A DNA stretch of 64,000 nucleotides from Candidatus Omnitrophota bacterium (GTDB lineage Bacteria; Omnitrophota; Gorgyraeia; Gygaellales; Profunditerraquicolaceae). The notes under the pieces are model-generated. The model was not told the origin of the DNA, made no database searches, and saw only the letters and a list, made by a program, of their open reading frames with translations. The stretch lies in contig DAONDX010000002.1 in assembly GCA_035402765.1 (NCBI GenBank), forward strand, positions 1,173-65,172, written 5' to 3'. Below are positions 10,725 through 19,099 of this stretch, piece after piece; the stretch's first letter is position 1; every line of letters starts with the position of its first letter. The position numbers and the translations under genes are program-made.

Positions 10725-10824
10725 CCCCTAGCCTTATGCGGCTGACGGGGAATTTAGTAATAGATAGTCAAAAGCTTATGGCTTATCAAATCATAAGCTC
10801 AATTTCAAGAAAAGGAGAATCAAG

Positions 10825-11025
10825 ATGGCAAAGGGTAAAGTAAAATGGTTTAGTAATCAAAAGGGTTATGGATTTGTTACTTCTGAAGACGGCAAAGATG
10901 TTTTTATTCACTTCAGCGCTATCACTGGAGAAGGATATAAATCTTTAGCGGAAGGTGATGAGGTTGAATTTGAGGTTACCCAAGGACCCAAAGGTGACCA
11001 GGCAACTAACGTAAAAAAGATATAA
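10825..11025 (+). CDS. cspA: Cold-shock protein, CspA family
   Basis: [33 protein letters not shown]; RNP1/RNP2 motifs. Confidence 0.9.
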   Translation: MAKGKVKWFSNQKGYGFVTSEDGKDVFIHFSAITGEGYKSLAEGDEVEFEVTQGPKGDQATNVKKI

Positions 11026-11046
11026 CTTTTACGTATTAACAAACCG

Positions 11047-11080
11047 GAAAAGACCAGTTCGCAACAGAACTGGTCTTTTC
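11047..11080. terminator. Bidirectional terminator hairpin, 14-bp perfect stem GAAAAGACCAGTTC/GAACTGGTCTTTTC, shared by the convergent cspA and 11079 genes
   Basis: Perfect inverted repeat flanked by T/A runs; overlaps the stop codon of the minus gene. Confidence 0.6.
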
Positions 11081-12554
11081 ATTTATCGAATACTTCTTTT
11101 AGAATTACATTTGCGATATTGGTAGCCAGAAGCCGGTTGCCTTTATCTGTACAATGCCCAAAATCCCCGGCAAACATATCCCTAAAATACTCCTTATAAC
11201 TGGATTGCCGGAGGGCTTCTTTAAATATTTTCTCATTATCGACAAAGATCACCCCGGTATCATTCTTGAATATTCTTTTTAACGGTTCTACATCGCGCAT
11301 CGGATACTGCATACAGACTAATTTTACCCCGCGGCGATCGAGGATTTCTTTAAGCTTGCGGTAGTTGTTAACGGTAGTAGGATTATAGAACCACAGTTTT
11401 AACTGATTGGCTTTTTTGGCATATTCTTCGGCTAAAACCGGTTTTCCTATTTGTTCAGCCAACACTGTAATCGCCTGGCAAGACCTGCTGGAATCAAAAT
11501 TTCTAGCGCCAGAATTTATGATCTGCCTGATGACCTCTTCGGCTTCCGGGAATTTACTGCAGCTTACATAAAGCCATCCTAATGCAATGTATGACTTGCT
11601 ATCCTGAGGATTTTCCGCTATAGATTTCTTAAAGGCCTCTTCGGCTTCCGGGAATTTACCTTGAGCTGCATAAACCCGCCCTAAGGTATCATAAACATAT
11701 GAACTATAGCTAGGATTAAACTCTAAGGCTTTCTTATATAAAACTTCGGCTTTTAGAAATTTGTTTCGGATTCGGTAGATATCCCCTAACCCCCAATAAG
11801 CCTTGCCGTTTTTAGGATTTAATGCTATGGCTTTATTGAGTAAATCTTCCGCCTGGGAATATTCACCCTCTCTGCGTAAAAACCGGCTTAAATCAATATA
11901 ATTTTGATCATTTTTAGGATTTAATGCCATAGTTTTTTTAAAAAGCTCCGGGCTTAAAACAGGCTCCATACCGCCTTCAGTCTTAATTTGGGAAAGCCCC
12001 TCCAAAAAACAGCTATCTTCCTGAGGCTGATAAAAACCTGCTTCTTTAGCCTTGGCCAAGATATGTAAACCAATAAACCGGATTAATTTATAAGTTTTTA
12101 AGGACCTGATCAAAAGCAGCCCCTTAGAAGTAGTGGCTGCTTCAAAAGGGATATGCTCTCCCCGGTCATTAACCCCCATCATCGCCACGACCATGTCCGG
12201 CTGGACCAAAACCAGATTAGATTCAAGTTGGCTTATTATAGTGGGAGTAACCATGCCTCCTCTGCCTTTATCAATGACGCTAAATTTTATTCCGATATTG
12301 CGTTGATTTAAGATTGCTTCAAGAAACCGGGGATATTCTCCCTGGGTAGTAGATTCTCCTAAGCAAAGGATCCGGTAGGCGTCTTTTTGTTTTAAAGATT
12401 GAGAATTTCTGAATTCCTGCGCCGATAATAAAATAAACCCGCCCAAGCGCAGGCCGATCTCTAAAAGTACAAAAAATAGAAATAACCCGAATAATACCAG
12501 GCCGATTTTTTGCTTAAAAAGTAACTTTGGCTGCGAAGGCTTGTTTTGCTGCAT
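11079..12554 (-). CDS. Membrane-anchored SGNH/GDSL-like hydrolase with a TPR-repeat insertion, paralog 1
   Basis: N-terminal TM helix; block I CLGESTT, block III GVND; central TPR repeats; C-terminal block V DFGHCTDKG. Confidence 0.55.
   Translation of the reverse strand: MQQNKPSQPKLLFKQKIGLVLFGLFLFFVLLEIGLRLGGFILLSAQEFRNSQSLKQKDAYRILCLGESTTQGEYPRFLEAILNQRNIGIKFSVIDKGRGGMVTPTIISQLESNLVLVQPDMVVAMMGVNDRGEHIPFEAATTSKGLLLIRSLKTYKLIRFIGLHILAKAKEAGFYQPQEDSCFLEGLSQIKTEGGMEPVLSPELFKKTMALNPKNDQNYIDLSRFLRREGEYSQAEDLLNKAIALNPKNGKAYWGLGDIYRIRNKFLKAEVLYKKALEFNPSYSSYVYDTLGRVYAAQGKFPEAEEAFKKSIAENPQDSKSYIALGWLYVSCSKFPEAEEVIRQIINSGARNFDSSRSCQAITVLAEQIGKPVLAEEYAKKANQLKLWFYNPTTVNNYRKLKEILDRRGVKLVCMQYPMRDVEPLKRIFKNDTGVIFVDNEKIFKEALRQSSYKEYFRDMFAGDFGHCTDKGNRLLATNIANVILKEVFDK
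11084..11402 (-). repeat. ~315-bp segment near-identical (>=99%) to 12587..12905, encoding the identical C-terminal 108 aa of both paralogs
   Basis: Direct nucleotide comparison; the rest of the two genes is ~75-80% identical. Confidence 0.85.
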
Positions 12555-12577
12555 AAGATTAGCGTAAGTTGATTTTA

Positions 12578-14026
12578 TTATTTATCAAATACTTCTTTTA
12601 GAATTACATTTGCGATATTGGTAGCCAGAAGCCGGTTGCCTTTATCTGTACAATGCCCAAAATCCCCGGCAAACATATCCCTAAAATACTCCTTATAACT
12701 GGATTGCCGGAGGGCTTCTTTAAATATTTTCTCATTATCGACAAAGATCACCCCGGTATCATTCTTGAATATTCTTTTTAACGGTTCTACATCGCGCATC
12801 GGATACTGCATACAGACTAATTTTACCCCGCGGCGATCGAGGATTTCTTTAAGCTTGCGGTAGTTGTTAACGGTAGTAGGATTATAAAACCACAGTTTTA
12901 GCTGACGAACGATGTCTGTATATTCTTGCGCTGATTTATCTTGATTGGTTTTTTCGGACAATGCCAGAATTGCCCTATAAGCATTATCATTTTGGGGATC
13001 TATCTCTACGGCTTTTTTAAATAAAGCTTCGGCTTGCGGGAGTTTGCCTTGGTTTACATAAAGCCATCCCAGTTTAAAATAGACATAGTTGTTCTGCGGA
13101 TTTAATTCCAGGGCTTGCTTAAGCAAAGCTTCGGCTTGCGGGAGTTTGCCTTGATACATATAATTCCATCCTAATTCGCTATAAGCATTATCATTCCTGG
13201 GATTTATTTCTAAGGTTTTCTTGAATAAATCTTCAGCTTGAGGAAATTTATGCTGATCCCGCAAAAGCCGGCCCAGCTCAAAACAGGCATCATCATTGTT
13301 AGGATTCAATTCCATGGCTTTTTTGAATAGATCTTCAGCTTCCGGGAATTTACCCTGATCCCGCAAAAGCCGGCCCAATCTCACATAAGCATTATCCTCT
13401 TGAGGATTAAGTTTTATAATTCTATCCAGCGTCTTTGCGGCTTGTTCAGGGTCTATCTTTGGATCAGGCGGCAAAACATTTCCCTGGGGAATTTTATTTT
13501 TTAATCCGGTGGCCGGTGGATTTTTAAATTTCTGAACAATATGCATATACACAAGCCGCATAAACCTATATGTCCGGCAATGCCGGAATATTCCTGCAGC
13601 CGCTTCAGGAATATCTTGATAATAACTAATTCCCGCATCGTTACCACCAGCCATTATAATTACCATATCCGGCTTATAGCTTTTCAGATTTTGCTCTAAA
13701 TTCAAAAGTATAGCCGTGGTATTGGTCCCGATAACACCTTTATCAATTACGCTGAATTTTATCCCGGTATTGCGCTGGTTTAAGATCTCTTCCAAAGCCC
13801 CGGGGAACTGCCCGGCAGTAGTAGATTCCCCTAAACAAAGGATCCGGTAGCTGTCTTTCTGTTTTATGGACTGCAAATTTCTATGTTCTTGCACGGAGAT
13901 AAAAATAAATCCGCCCAGGCGCAGGCCGATCTCCAGGAGCATAAAACACAAAAATAGCCCGTATAATACCAGGGCTATTTTTTTATTAAAAAGTATTTTT
14001 GGTTTTAACAACCTGTTTTCCCGCAT
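12578..14026 (-). CDS. Membrane-anchored SGNH/GDSL-like hydrolase with a TPR-repeat insertion, paralog 2
   Basis: Same architecture as 11079..12554; the TPR array differs in length and sequence. Confidence 0.55.
   Translation of the reverse strand: MRENRLLKPKILFNKKIALVLYGLFLCFMLLEIGLRLGGFIFISVQEHRNLQSIKQKDSYRILCLGESTTAGQFPGALEEILNQRNTGIKFSVIDKGVIGTNTTAILLNLEQNLKSYKPDMVIIMAGGNDAGISYYQDIPEAAAGIFRHCRTYRFMRLVYMHIVQKFKNPPATGLKNKIPQGNVLPPDPKIDPEQAAKTLDRIIKLNPQEDNAYVRLGRLLRDQGKFPEAEDLFKKAMELNPNNDDACFELGRLLRDQHKFPQAEDLFKKTLEINPRNDNAYSELGWNYMYQGKLPQAEALLKQALELNPQNNYVYFKLGWLYVNQGKLPQAEALFKKAVEIDPQNDNAYRAILALSEKTNQDKSAQEYTDIVRQLKLWFYNPTTVNNYRKLKEILDRRGVKLVCMQYPMRDVEPLKRIFKNDTGVIFVDNEKIFKEALRQSSYKEYFRDMFAGDFGHCTDKGNRLLATNIANVILKEVFDK
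12587..12905 (-). repeat. Partner of the 11084..11402 identical segment
   Basis: See above. Confidence 0.85.
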
Positions 14027-14066
14027 AGCATAAAAGGGGAGTCATAATCACTCCCCTTAAATTAAA

Positions 14067-14138
14067 TGCCGAGAGAGGGAATCGGACCCCCCACGCCGGC
14101 CTTTTCAGGGCCGCGCTCTACCACTGAGCTATCTCGGC
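14067..14138 (-). tRNA. tRNA-Phe (anticodon GAA); no encoded CCA
   Basis: RC reads GCCGAGA-TA-GCTC-AGTGGTA-GAGC-G-CGGCC-CTGAAAA-GGCCG-...-TCTCGGC-A. Confidence 0.8.
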
Positions 14139-14321
14139 TAGAAATCCTCGAATCTTTTGATATATTGTACACAAATTCCTTAAAAAGAAAAGAGAAAAAA
14201 CAGATTAATAGTTGTTTTTATCGGTTTATTTATTTTTAAAAACCTTGGTAAAACAAAAAATCATCAGAAAAATGATCGCTTCCCAGGAAATAATCAGGAA
14301 TATCCATCCTCCCAGCTTCAA

Positions 14322-15887
14322 TTAGCCGCTCCTTTCGCTAGATTCCCTGCGCCGCCAGGCGATTTTAACTAGAATCGCTAAAATTACAAATATCAGGAAT
14401 AAACCCAGCCGGGTAGCCAAAATAAACGGTTTATCACAGGCGGCAATATTCTTCATCATGATTTTAGGAAGCCACTCCTGCGCAAACCACATACTTAATA
14501 TAACAAATAAAAATAAGGGAGTGATATATTTAATAATAAATTTATAGGACTTGGGGATAGACATACCGGCGCCCTTATGCATCTCCTCCCAGGCCTGATC
14601 CATGCCAAAAACCCAAACAAAGAGCACTGTCTCGATAGTCGCAAACACTACCAGAAAGAATGTCCCGCCCCAGAAATCCAGCTCATCAACTACCCCGCGA
14701 CCCAGAAAAAATACCGCCGGCTGGCATAAAATAAAAGAAACTATGCCGAAAATTGAAGCCGCGCGCTTCCTGTTAAGATTAAACTCATCCTCAAGAAAAG
14801 TCACTGCCGGCTGAGCTAAAGAAACTGAAGAAGTTATCCCGGCTAGAAATAAAAGAAAAAACCAGAAAAAACCGAAGACTTGAGGCCAGGGTAATTTATT
14901 TAAAATCAGCGGCATGGTTACAAAACCTAAATTAAATACTCCCGATTGGGCAATGGATTTTATATCTACCGGGCCGAAAAATACAAAGGCGGCCGGAATA
15001 ATTATACTGCCTCCTAAAATAACCTCAGCAAACTCATTGGTAGCCGAAGCCGTCAAACCGGAAAGCACGACATCGTCGTTTCTTTTCAAATAACTGGCGT
15101 AAGTAAGAATTACGCCGATCCCTACGCTTAAGGTAAAAAATATCTGCCCGGCTGCCTCCAGCCAAACTCGAGCCGACTTAAGCGCGGAAAAATCCGGGTT
15201 CCATAAGAAACCGAGCCCGGCCAAGATGTTCCAATCCGGCTTGCTTGGATCCGGAACCCCCAGTGTTAGGACTCTAGCCATTAATATTAAACCAAAAATA
15301 AACAATAGCGGCATTGCCCAATTACAAAGTTTTTCAATCCCGCCTTTGATGCCGTAATAAATCACCCAAATATTCAACAAGAAAACGACCAAAAAGAACG
15401 CATAAGCAGTCGATATCCCGCTAAAATATTGGTTCTTCTCCAACCCTTGGAATCCAATTAGAAAACTACGTAAAGAATTCTGGTCTAGGAGGCTGGTATA
15501 TTGGCCGGTTAAAGCAAAAAAACTATAAGCTAAAGTCCACGATTCAACAAAAATATAATAGATAAAAATAACCAGCGGGCCAAATATCCCGATCACGCCG
15601 AAATATTTAATAAAGCGGTTTTTCTTCCAGAGGCTATGAAATATTCCGGGAGCAGTGCCGTGTTCAAAACCCCCTCCGTAACGGCCGAGAGTCCACTCAA
15701 TCCACATCAGAGGTATCCCTAGAAGCAAAAGAGAGATAAAATAGGGGATCATAAACGCTCCCCCGCCGTTGGCTGCGGCTTTAGCCGGAAAACGCAAGAA
15801 ATTTCCCAGGCCGATGGCAGAACCTGCCACCGCCATAATAATTCCTAAGCGCGACCCCCAGCTGTCTCTTTTTCTTTTCTGCTCCAT
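14322..15887 (-). CDS. Sodium-dependent transporter, NSS/SNF family
   Basis: GNFLRFPAKAAANGGGAFMIPYFISLLLLGIPLMWIEWTLGRYGG, characteristic of NSS transporters. Confidence 0.8.
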   Translation of the reverse strand: MEQKRKRDSWGSRLGIIMAVAGSAIGLGNFLRFPAKAAANGGGAFMIPYFISLLLLGIPLMWIEWTLGRYGGGFEHGTAPGIFHSLWKKNRFIKYFGVIGIFGPLVIFIYYIFVESWTLAYSFFALTGQYTSLLDQNSLRSFLIGFQGLEKNQYFSGISTAYAFFLVVFLLNIWVIYYGIKGGIEKLCNWAMPLLFIFGLILMARVLTLGVPDPSKPDWNILAGLGFLWNPDFSALKSARVWLEAAGQIFFTLSVGIGVILTYASYLKRNDDVVLSGLTASATNEFAEVILGGSIIIPAAFVFFGPVDIKSIAQSGVFNLGFVTMPLILNKLPWPQVFGFFWFFLLFLAGITSSVSLAQPAVTFLEDEFNLNRKRAASIFGIVSFILCQPAVFFLGRGVVDELDFWGGTFFLVVFATIETVLFVWVFGMDQAWEEMHKGAGMSIPKSYKFIIKYITPLFLFVILSMWFAQEWLPKIMMKNIAACDKPFILATRLGLFLIFVILAILVKIAWRRRESSERSG

Positions 15888-15894
15888 TATTTTA

Positions 15895-16128
15895 CTACAT
15901 GGCTTTAAGGGCTTCCTGAATCAACGGTAAGATGCCTTCAGCTTCTTCCTTAAGCAGACGGCCGAGCTTTGCGAAAGCATACTCGCCATTCCTGTCTTTC
16001 ACTTCTCTGACGATTTGAATCTTTTTAACACCCTGGTTATAGGAATAAACACTAACCACGATCTTACCGGAATCATTCTCCCAAAAACGCGTAAATACCT
16101 GTGTGTCTAAACTGCTGTCGTACGGCAT
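15895..16128 (-). CDS. Small (77 aa) protein, possibly a PC4/YdbC-like ssDNA-binding fold. The true start is probably the internal ATG at ~16126-16128 rather than 16293.
   Basis: A strong SD, GAGGAGGT, lies 5 nt upstream of that ATG. The upstream in-frame codons cover a conserved non-coding motif. The segment IVVSVYSYNQGVKKIQIVREV...GEYAFAKLGRL resembles the PC4 C-terminal domain, which is weak evidence. Confidence 0.4.
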   Translation of the reverse strand: MPYDSSLDTQVFTRFWENDSGKIVVSVYSYNQGVKKIQIVREVKDRNGEYAFAKLGRLLKEEAEGILPLIQEALKAM

Positions 16129-16143
16129 TGTGACCTCCTCGTG

Positions 16144-16197
16144 CATGAACACGACACCGGCGCAATTCAAATAAGCGCCGGGTGTAGTATTCCTTAG
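16144..16197 (-). ncRNA. Conserved ~55-nt leader motif, copy 1 (minus-strand sense AGGAATACtaCACCCGGCgCTTATttGAAttGCGCCGGTGTCGTGTTCaTgC). Predicted hairpin immediately 5' of the SD of the PC4-like gene.
   Basis: About 85% identical to 34208..34257. The conservation is out of frame relative to the overlapping annotated ORFs. Confidence 0.5.
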
Positions 16198-16246
16198 TTT
16201 ACAAACATAACATTCGCGTAATATCAAATAATGCGGGTATTTTCCT

Positions 16247-16555
16247 TTAAAACTTTTTCCCGTGCCGGTAAGGCCGGGTTTTATTATACTCAATTTTCTT
16301 GAGCAGCGCTTTTTGCAAATCTATCTTACGCGAACCGCAATAATCAAATATTCGGATGCAGCAATCAGCCAGCTCCTCGGCTAACGCATCGTTCCCGGCG
16401 TGATTGCGCAATGCTTCCAAGGCTTCAGAGAGCTCTGAATGCATTAAAGCAATCAATTCTCCGTCGTTACGAAGATCCTCCCACCACCCTTTGCTCTGCG
16501 CAACCTGATGACATTCTTTAATCAGATCCTTAACTGCCGGATTCTTCTTTAACAT
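16247..16555 (-). CDS. MazG-like nucleoside triphosphate pyrophosphohydrolase domain protein (~102 aa; start probably the internal Met)
   Basis: ELIALMHSELSEALEALRNH...EELADCCIRIF, EExxE/D motifs of the all-alpha MazG/HisE fold. Confidence 0.5.
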   Translation of the reverse strand: MLKKNPAVKDLIKECHQVAQSKGWWEDLRNDGELIALMHSELSEALEALRNHAGNDALAEELADCCIRIFDYCGSRKIDLQKALLKKIEYNKTRPYRHGKKF

Positions 16556-16994
16556 TAGTTTTCCTCTCAATTTTTGGATTAAGCACTTCATCAATTCCAG
16601 CAAATATCCGTTTGGCGATCTCCTCTTTAGCGTAAATACTCGGACTGGATATTTCAATCAGCGTGCTTCCCGCCGCCTCCTCGGTAAAGAATATTCCTAC
16701 CGGAGTAGTATCAGCCGGCGTAAAATAAATAGCAATTAATTTTTCTTTAGGGTCAAGCGCGTAAATAAATGACTCTTTACCGCTTTGATTCAAAATCTCT
16801 TTAACTTTCAAATAGCAGCGGTCATAATCTAAGGCAAAAGATTTCTTCAGGGCAGTTTTACGATTTTCTTCTAAGACTTGCGTAGACACCCCGATAAAAC
16901 CCTTTCCTGCTTCTTTAACTGCGGCGCAACCTGACAATAAAACAATTAAAACATAATAAATCACCGTTAAAGCAAAAAATCCCTTTCTTTTCAT
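16530..16994 (-). CDS. Hypothetical lipoprotein (signal MKRKGFFALTVIYYVLIVLLSGC)
   Basis: Lipobox; no domain recognised. Confidence 0.45.
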   Translation of the reverse strand: MKRKGFFALTVIYYVLIVLLSGCAAVKEAGKGFIGVSTQVLEENRKTALKKSFALDYDRCYLKVKEILNQSGKESFIYALDPKEKLIAIYFTPADTTPVGIFFTEEAAGSTLIEISSPSIYAKEEIAKRIFAGIDEVLNPKIERKTNVKEESGS

Positions 16995-17083
16995 ATTCCT
17001 CCTCTTTTTCTTTGGGCCTCTTAAGTAATCAAATAACGCCGGCTTAAAAAATCCTCCGGGGTAAAACATTATTTAAGTTTTTA

Positions 17084-19099
17084 TTATTCATTAACTAACT
17101 GCTTAATCTTGCCTAAATGTTTACGCGCTTCAATCTCTCCGCGCCTGGCAAATTCATCAGCCCGATGCAGCTCTAACCAGAATAGTCCGGTAGTATCCGG
17201 ATGCAAAACAATATCCGCTAATTCCCCTTCTCTTCTGGCCACTTCAGATTGCAAAACTTCCACGCTGCTAAAAATAATATCTACTATATTTAAATTAAAG
17301 ATGCGCTTAAGGCGGTTTAGAAAACCCAAAGGCTGGTTTTTTTGCGGGGAGCCTTGCGTTAACCCCGCGCCGACAGGATTTTTAAGCTTTTTTAACTGGT
17401 TTAAAACATCCTCCCGGGACGGGGTAACGTTAACCGCGATAATCTTTTTTACCCCCATTTGCATTAAAGGTTCAGTTGGCAAGGGATAGGTTACCCCGCC
17501 GTCAAAAAGCACCTCTTCCTTAAATTTAAACGGAGCAAATACCCCCGGCATCGAACAGCTGGCCATTATAGCATCTACCAGTAAACCTTTGTCTAAAATT
17601 TTAGGTTCTTTCTTATGTACATCACTGGCGATTATTCTTAAAGGAAGCTTTACATCATAAAAAGTCTTATCACCGAAATGCTTCTTCAAAAATCGATACA
17701 ATTTATTCCCTTTGATAAAACCTAACCGCGGAAAAGTTACATCGATTAAACCCCAAATATGCTTAGGTTCCCTGAATTCCCGGGTAATTTCTAAAATTTC
17801 ACTGCTGCTTTTACCAATCGCCCAAAGGCTGGCAATCAGCGAACCGATACTGGAACCCACAATAATATCAATAGGGATATCTTCTTCCTCGATAACTTTT
17901 AATACTCCGACATGGCAGAAACCGTACGCAACCCCTACTCCAAGTACTAAACCGACCAGGCAATCCCCTAACTGGCGGGCGATCCGTCTGATAGCCTTGG
18001 AATATTCACAATCCGGCGCATCAATAATCAAACGCAGCGGAGCATTAAATTCAATTTTAGGAATCGTAGCAAAAATCTCCTGGCCCAAAATCTCCAGCTG
18101 GTCGTTATGGTCGATCTTGGATAGTTTATATTCATTAATAATGGTTTTAATCTTAGCCGGATCAAAATTATAATCGGTTTTTAAACGGTTGATCAGATTA
18201 TTCGTGCGTTTTAAATCGCAGGGATCCGGGCTGCTCAAGATATGGATCAGATCGCTTTGGTTAAGCATACTGATAATCGAACGGTCCATCGCCGCCGGTA
18301 AATCTAAAATAATATAGTGATAATCATTAACCAGAATACTTAAAATTTCGACTAACCTTTTAAGACAGGCATCGTTATCTTCTTCATAATAAAAACAAAA
18401 TAGTTCAATGCCAAAATTACTTTTTATAATAAAATCTTTAGGTAAAACATGGATATCCGCTCCCTGCGTTAAATCAAATATCGGCGGATCTTTAATCCCT
18501 AATTTATGCGGCAAGGTATGCGTCTTATCTTTAGGCAGAATATCCAAGACAATAACTGATTTATGTGTTTCGCAGTTAAGGCTGAGGGCAAGATTCAAAG
18601 CATAAACGGTCTTTCCTGCCTGAGCATAAGAGCTGAATACGGAAATAACCGTGCTCTCAAAGATTTTTTTCTGGTGCATGTCTTTACGCTTAAGCCGGCG
18701 GCTTAAGGTGCGGCTTAGATCAATGGCTAAATGCGGGATAGATTGTAATATCGGATCAAAATCGTCTTTCTGAATCACCAGAACAGCGCAATCGTTGATT
18801 GCTTCACTGGTCACCGAATGTGTTTCATTGGTCAACAAAGAAATAATACCGAAATATTTGCCGCGATGTAAATATTCCAGGATCAGCCGGTTGCCCGATT
18901 TATCTTTAGTATAGATTTGCACCCGTCCGGAGAGAATACAATAAAACGCGCTGGGAGAGCTGCCTTCCTCATAAATAATCTGGCCTTTACGATACTCAAT
19001 GATCTGGCTTTTAGCATCAATGAGCGCCAGCTCTTTTTTGCTTAAGCCCGCAAAGAAGGTCAGCCCTTTTATAATAAATTCTTTATCTTTAGGATTCAT
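17084..19099 (-). CDS. Tri-domain protein: N-terminal cNMP-binding (CAP-effector) domain, central ParA/MinD-like domain with a degenerate P-loop, C-terminal patatin-like phospholipase
   Basis: cNMP domain with FGIISLL...ETHSVTSEAIND; the PBC Arg is replaced by His. Middle segment VISVFSSYAQAGKTVYALNLA. Patatin GVGVAYGFCHVGVL oxyanion region, GSSIGS (GxSxG) and a DGG Asp. Confidence 0.65.
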   Translation of the reverse strand: MNPKDKEFIIKGLTFFAGLSKKELALIDAKSQIIEYRKGQIIYEEGSSPSAFYCILSGRVQIYTKDKSGNRLILEYLHRGKYFGIISLLTNETHSVTSEAINDCAVLVIQKDDFDPILQSIPHLAIDLSRTLSRRLKRKDMHQKKIFESTVISVFSSYAQAGKTVYALNLALSLNCETHKSVIVLDILPKDKTHTLPHKLGIKDPPIFDLTQGADIHVLPKDFIIKSNFGIELFCFYYEEDNDACLKRLVEILSILVNDYHYIILDLPAAMDRSIISMLNQSDLIHILSSPDPCDLKRTNNLINRLKTDYNFDPAKIKTIINEYKLSKIDHNDQLEILGQEIFATIPKIEFNAPLRLIIDAPDCEYSKAIRRIARQLGDCLVGLVLGVGVAYGFCHVGVLKVIEEEDIPIDIIVGSSIGSLIASLWAIGKSSSEILEITREFREPKHIWGLIDVTFPRLGFIKGNKLYRFLKKHFGDKTFYDVKLPLRIIASDVHKKEPKILDKGLLVDAIMASCSMPGVFAPFKFKEEVLFDGGVTYPLPTEPLMQMGVKKIIAVNVTPSREDVLNQLKKLKNPVGAGLTQGSPQKNQPLGFLNRLKRIFNLNIVDIIFSSVEVLQSEVARREGELADIVLHPDTTGLFWLELHRADEFARRGEIEARKHLGKIKQLVNE

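Noticed and set aside
16144-16197. Conserved leader motif as a sigma54 or sigma70 promoter
   Set aside because: The GG..GC spacing does not fit the -24/-12 geometry. The sequence is GC-rich with no acceptable -10/-35 hexamers at proper spacing. The hairpin and SD context fits an RNA element better.
15895-16293. Full 132-aa reading of the ORF (and the 126-aa reading of 33971..34351)
   Set aside because: In each case the N-terminal ~53-55 codons overlap a nucleotide motif that is conserved between the two loci but out of frame at the protein level. A strong SD precedes an internal ATG. The shorter proteins are more plausible.
17084-19099. cNMP-binding plus patatin protein as a CBASS/Pycsar-type antiphage effector
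   Set aside because: There is no nucleotidyltransferase or cyclase gene adjacent. The neighbours are a glucosidase, a lipoprotein and a MazG-like gene. The NTE-like architecture also exists outside defence systems.
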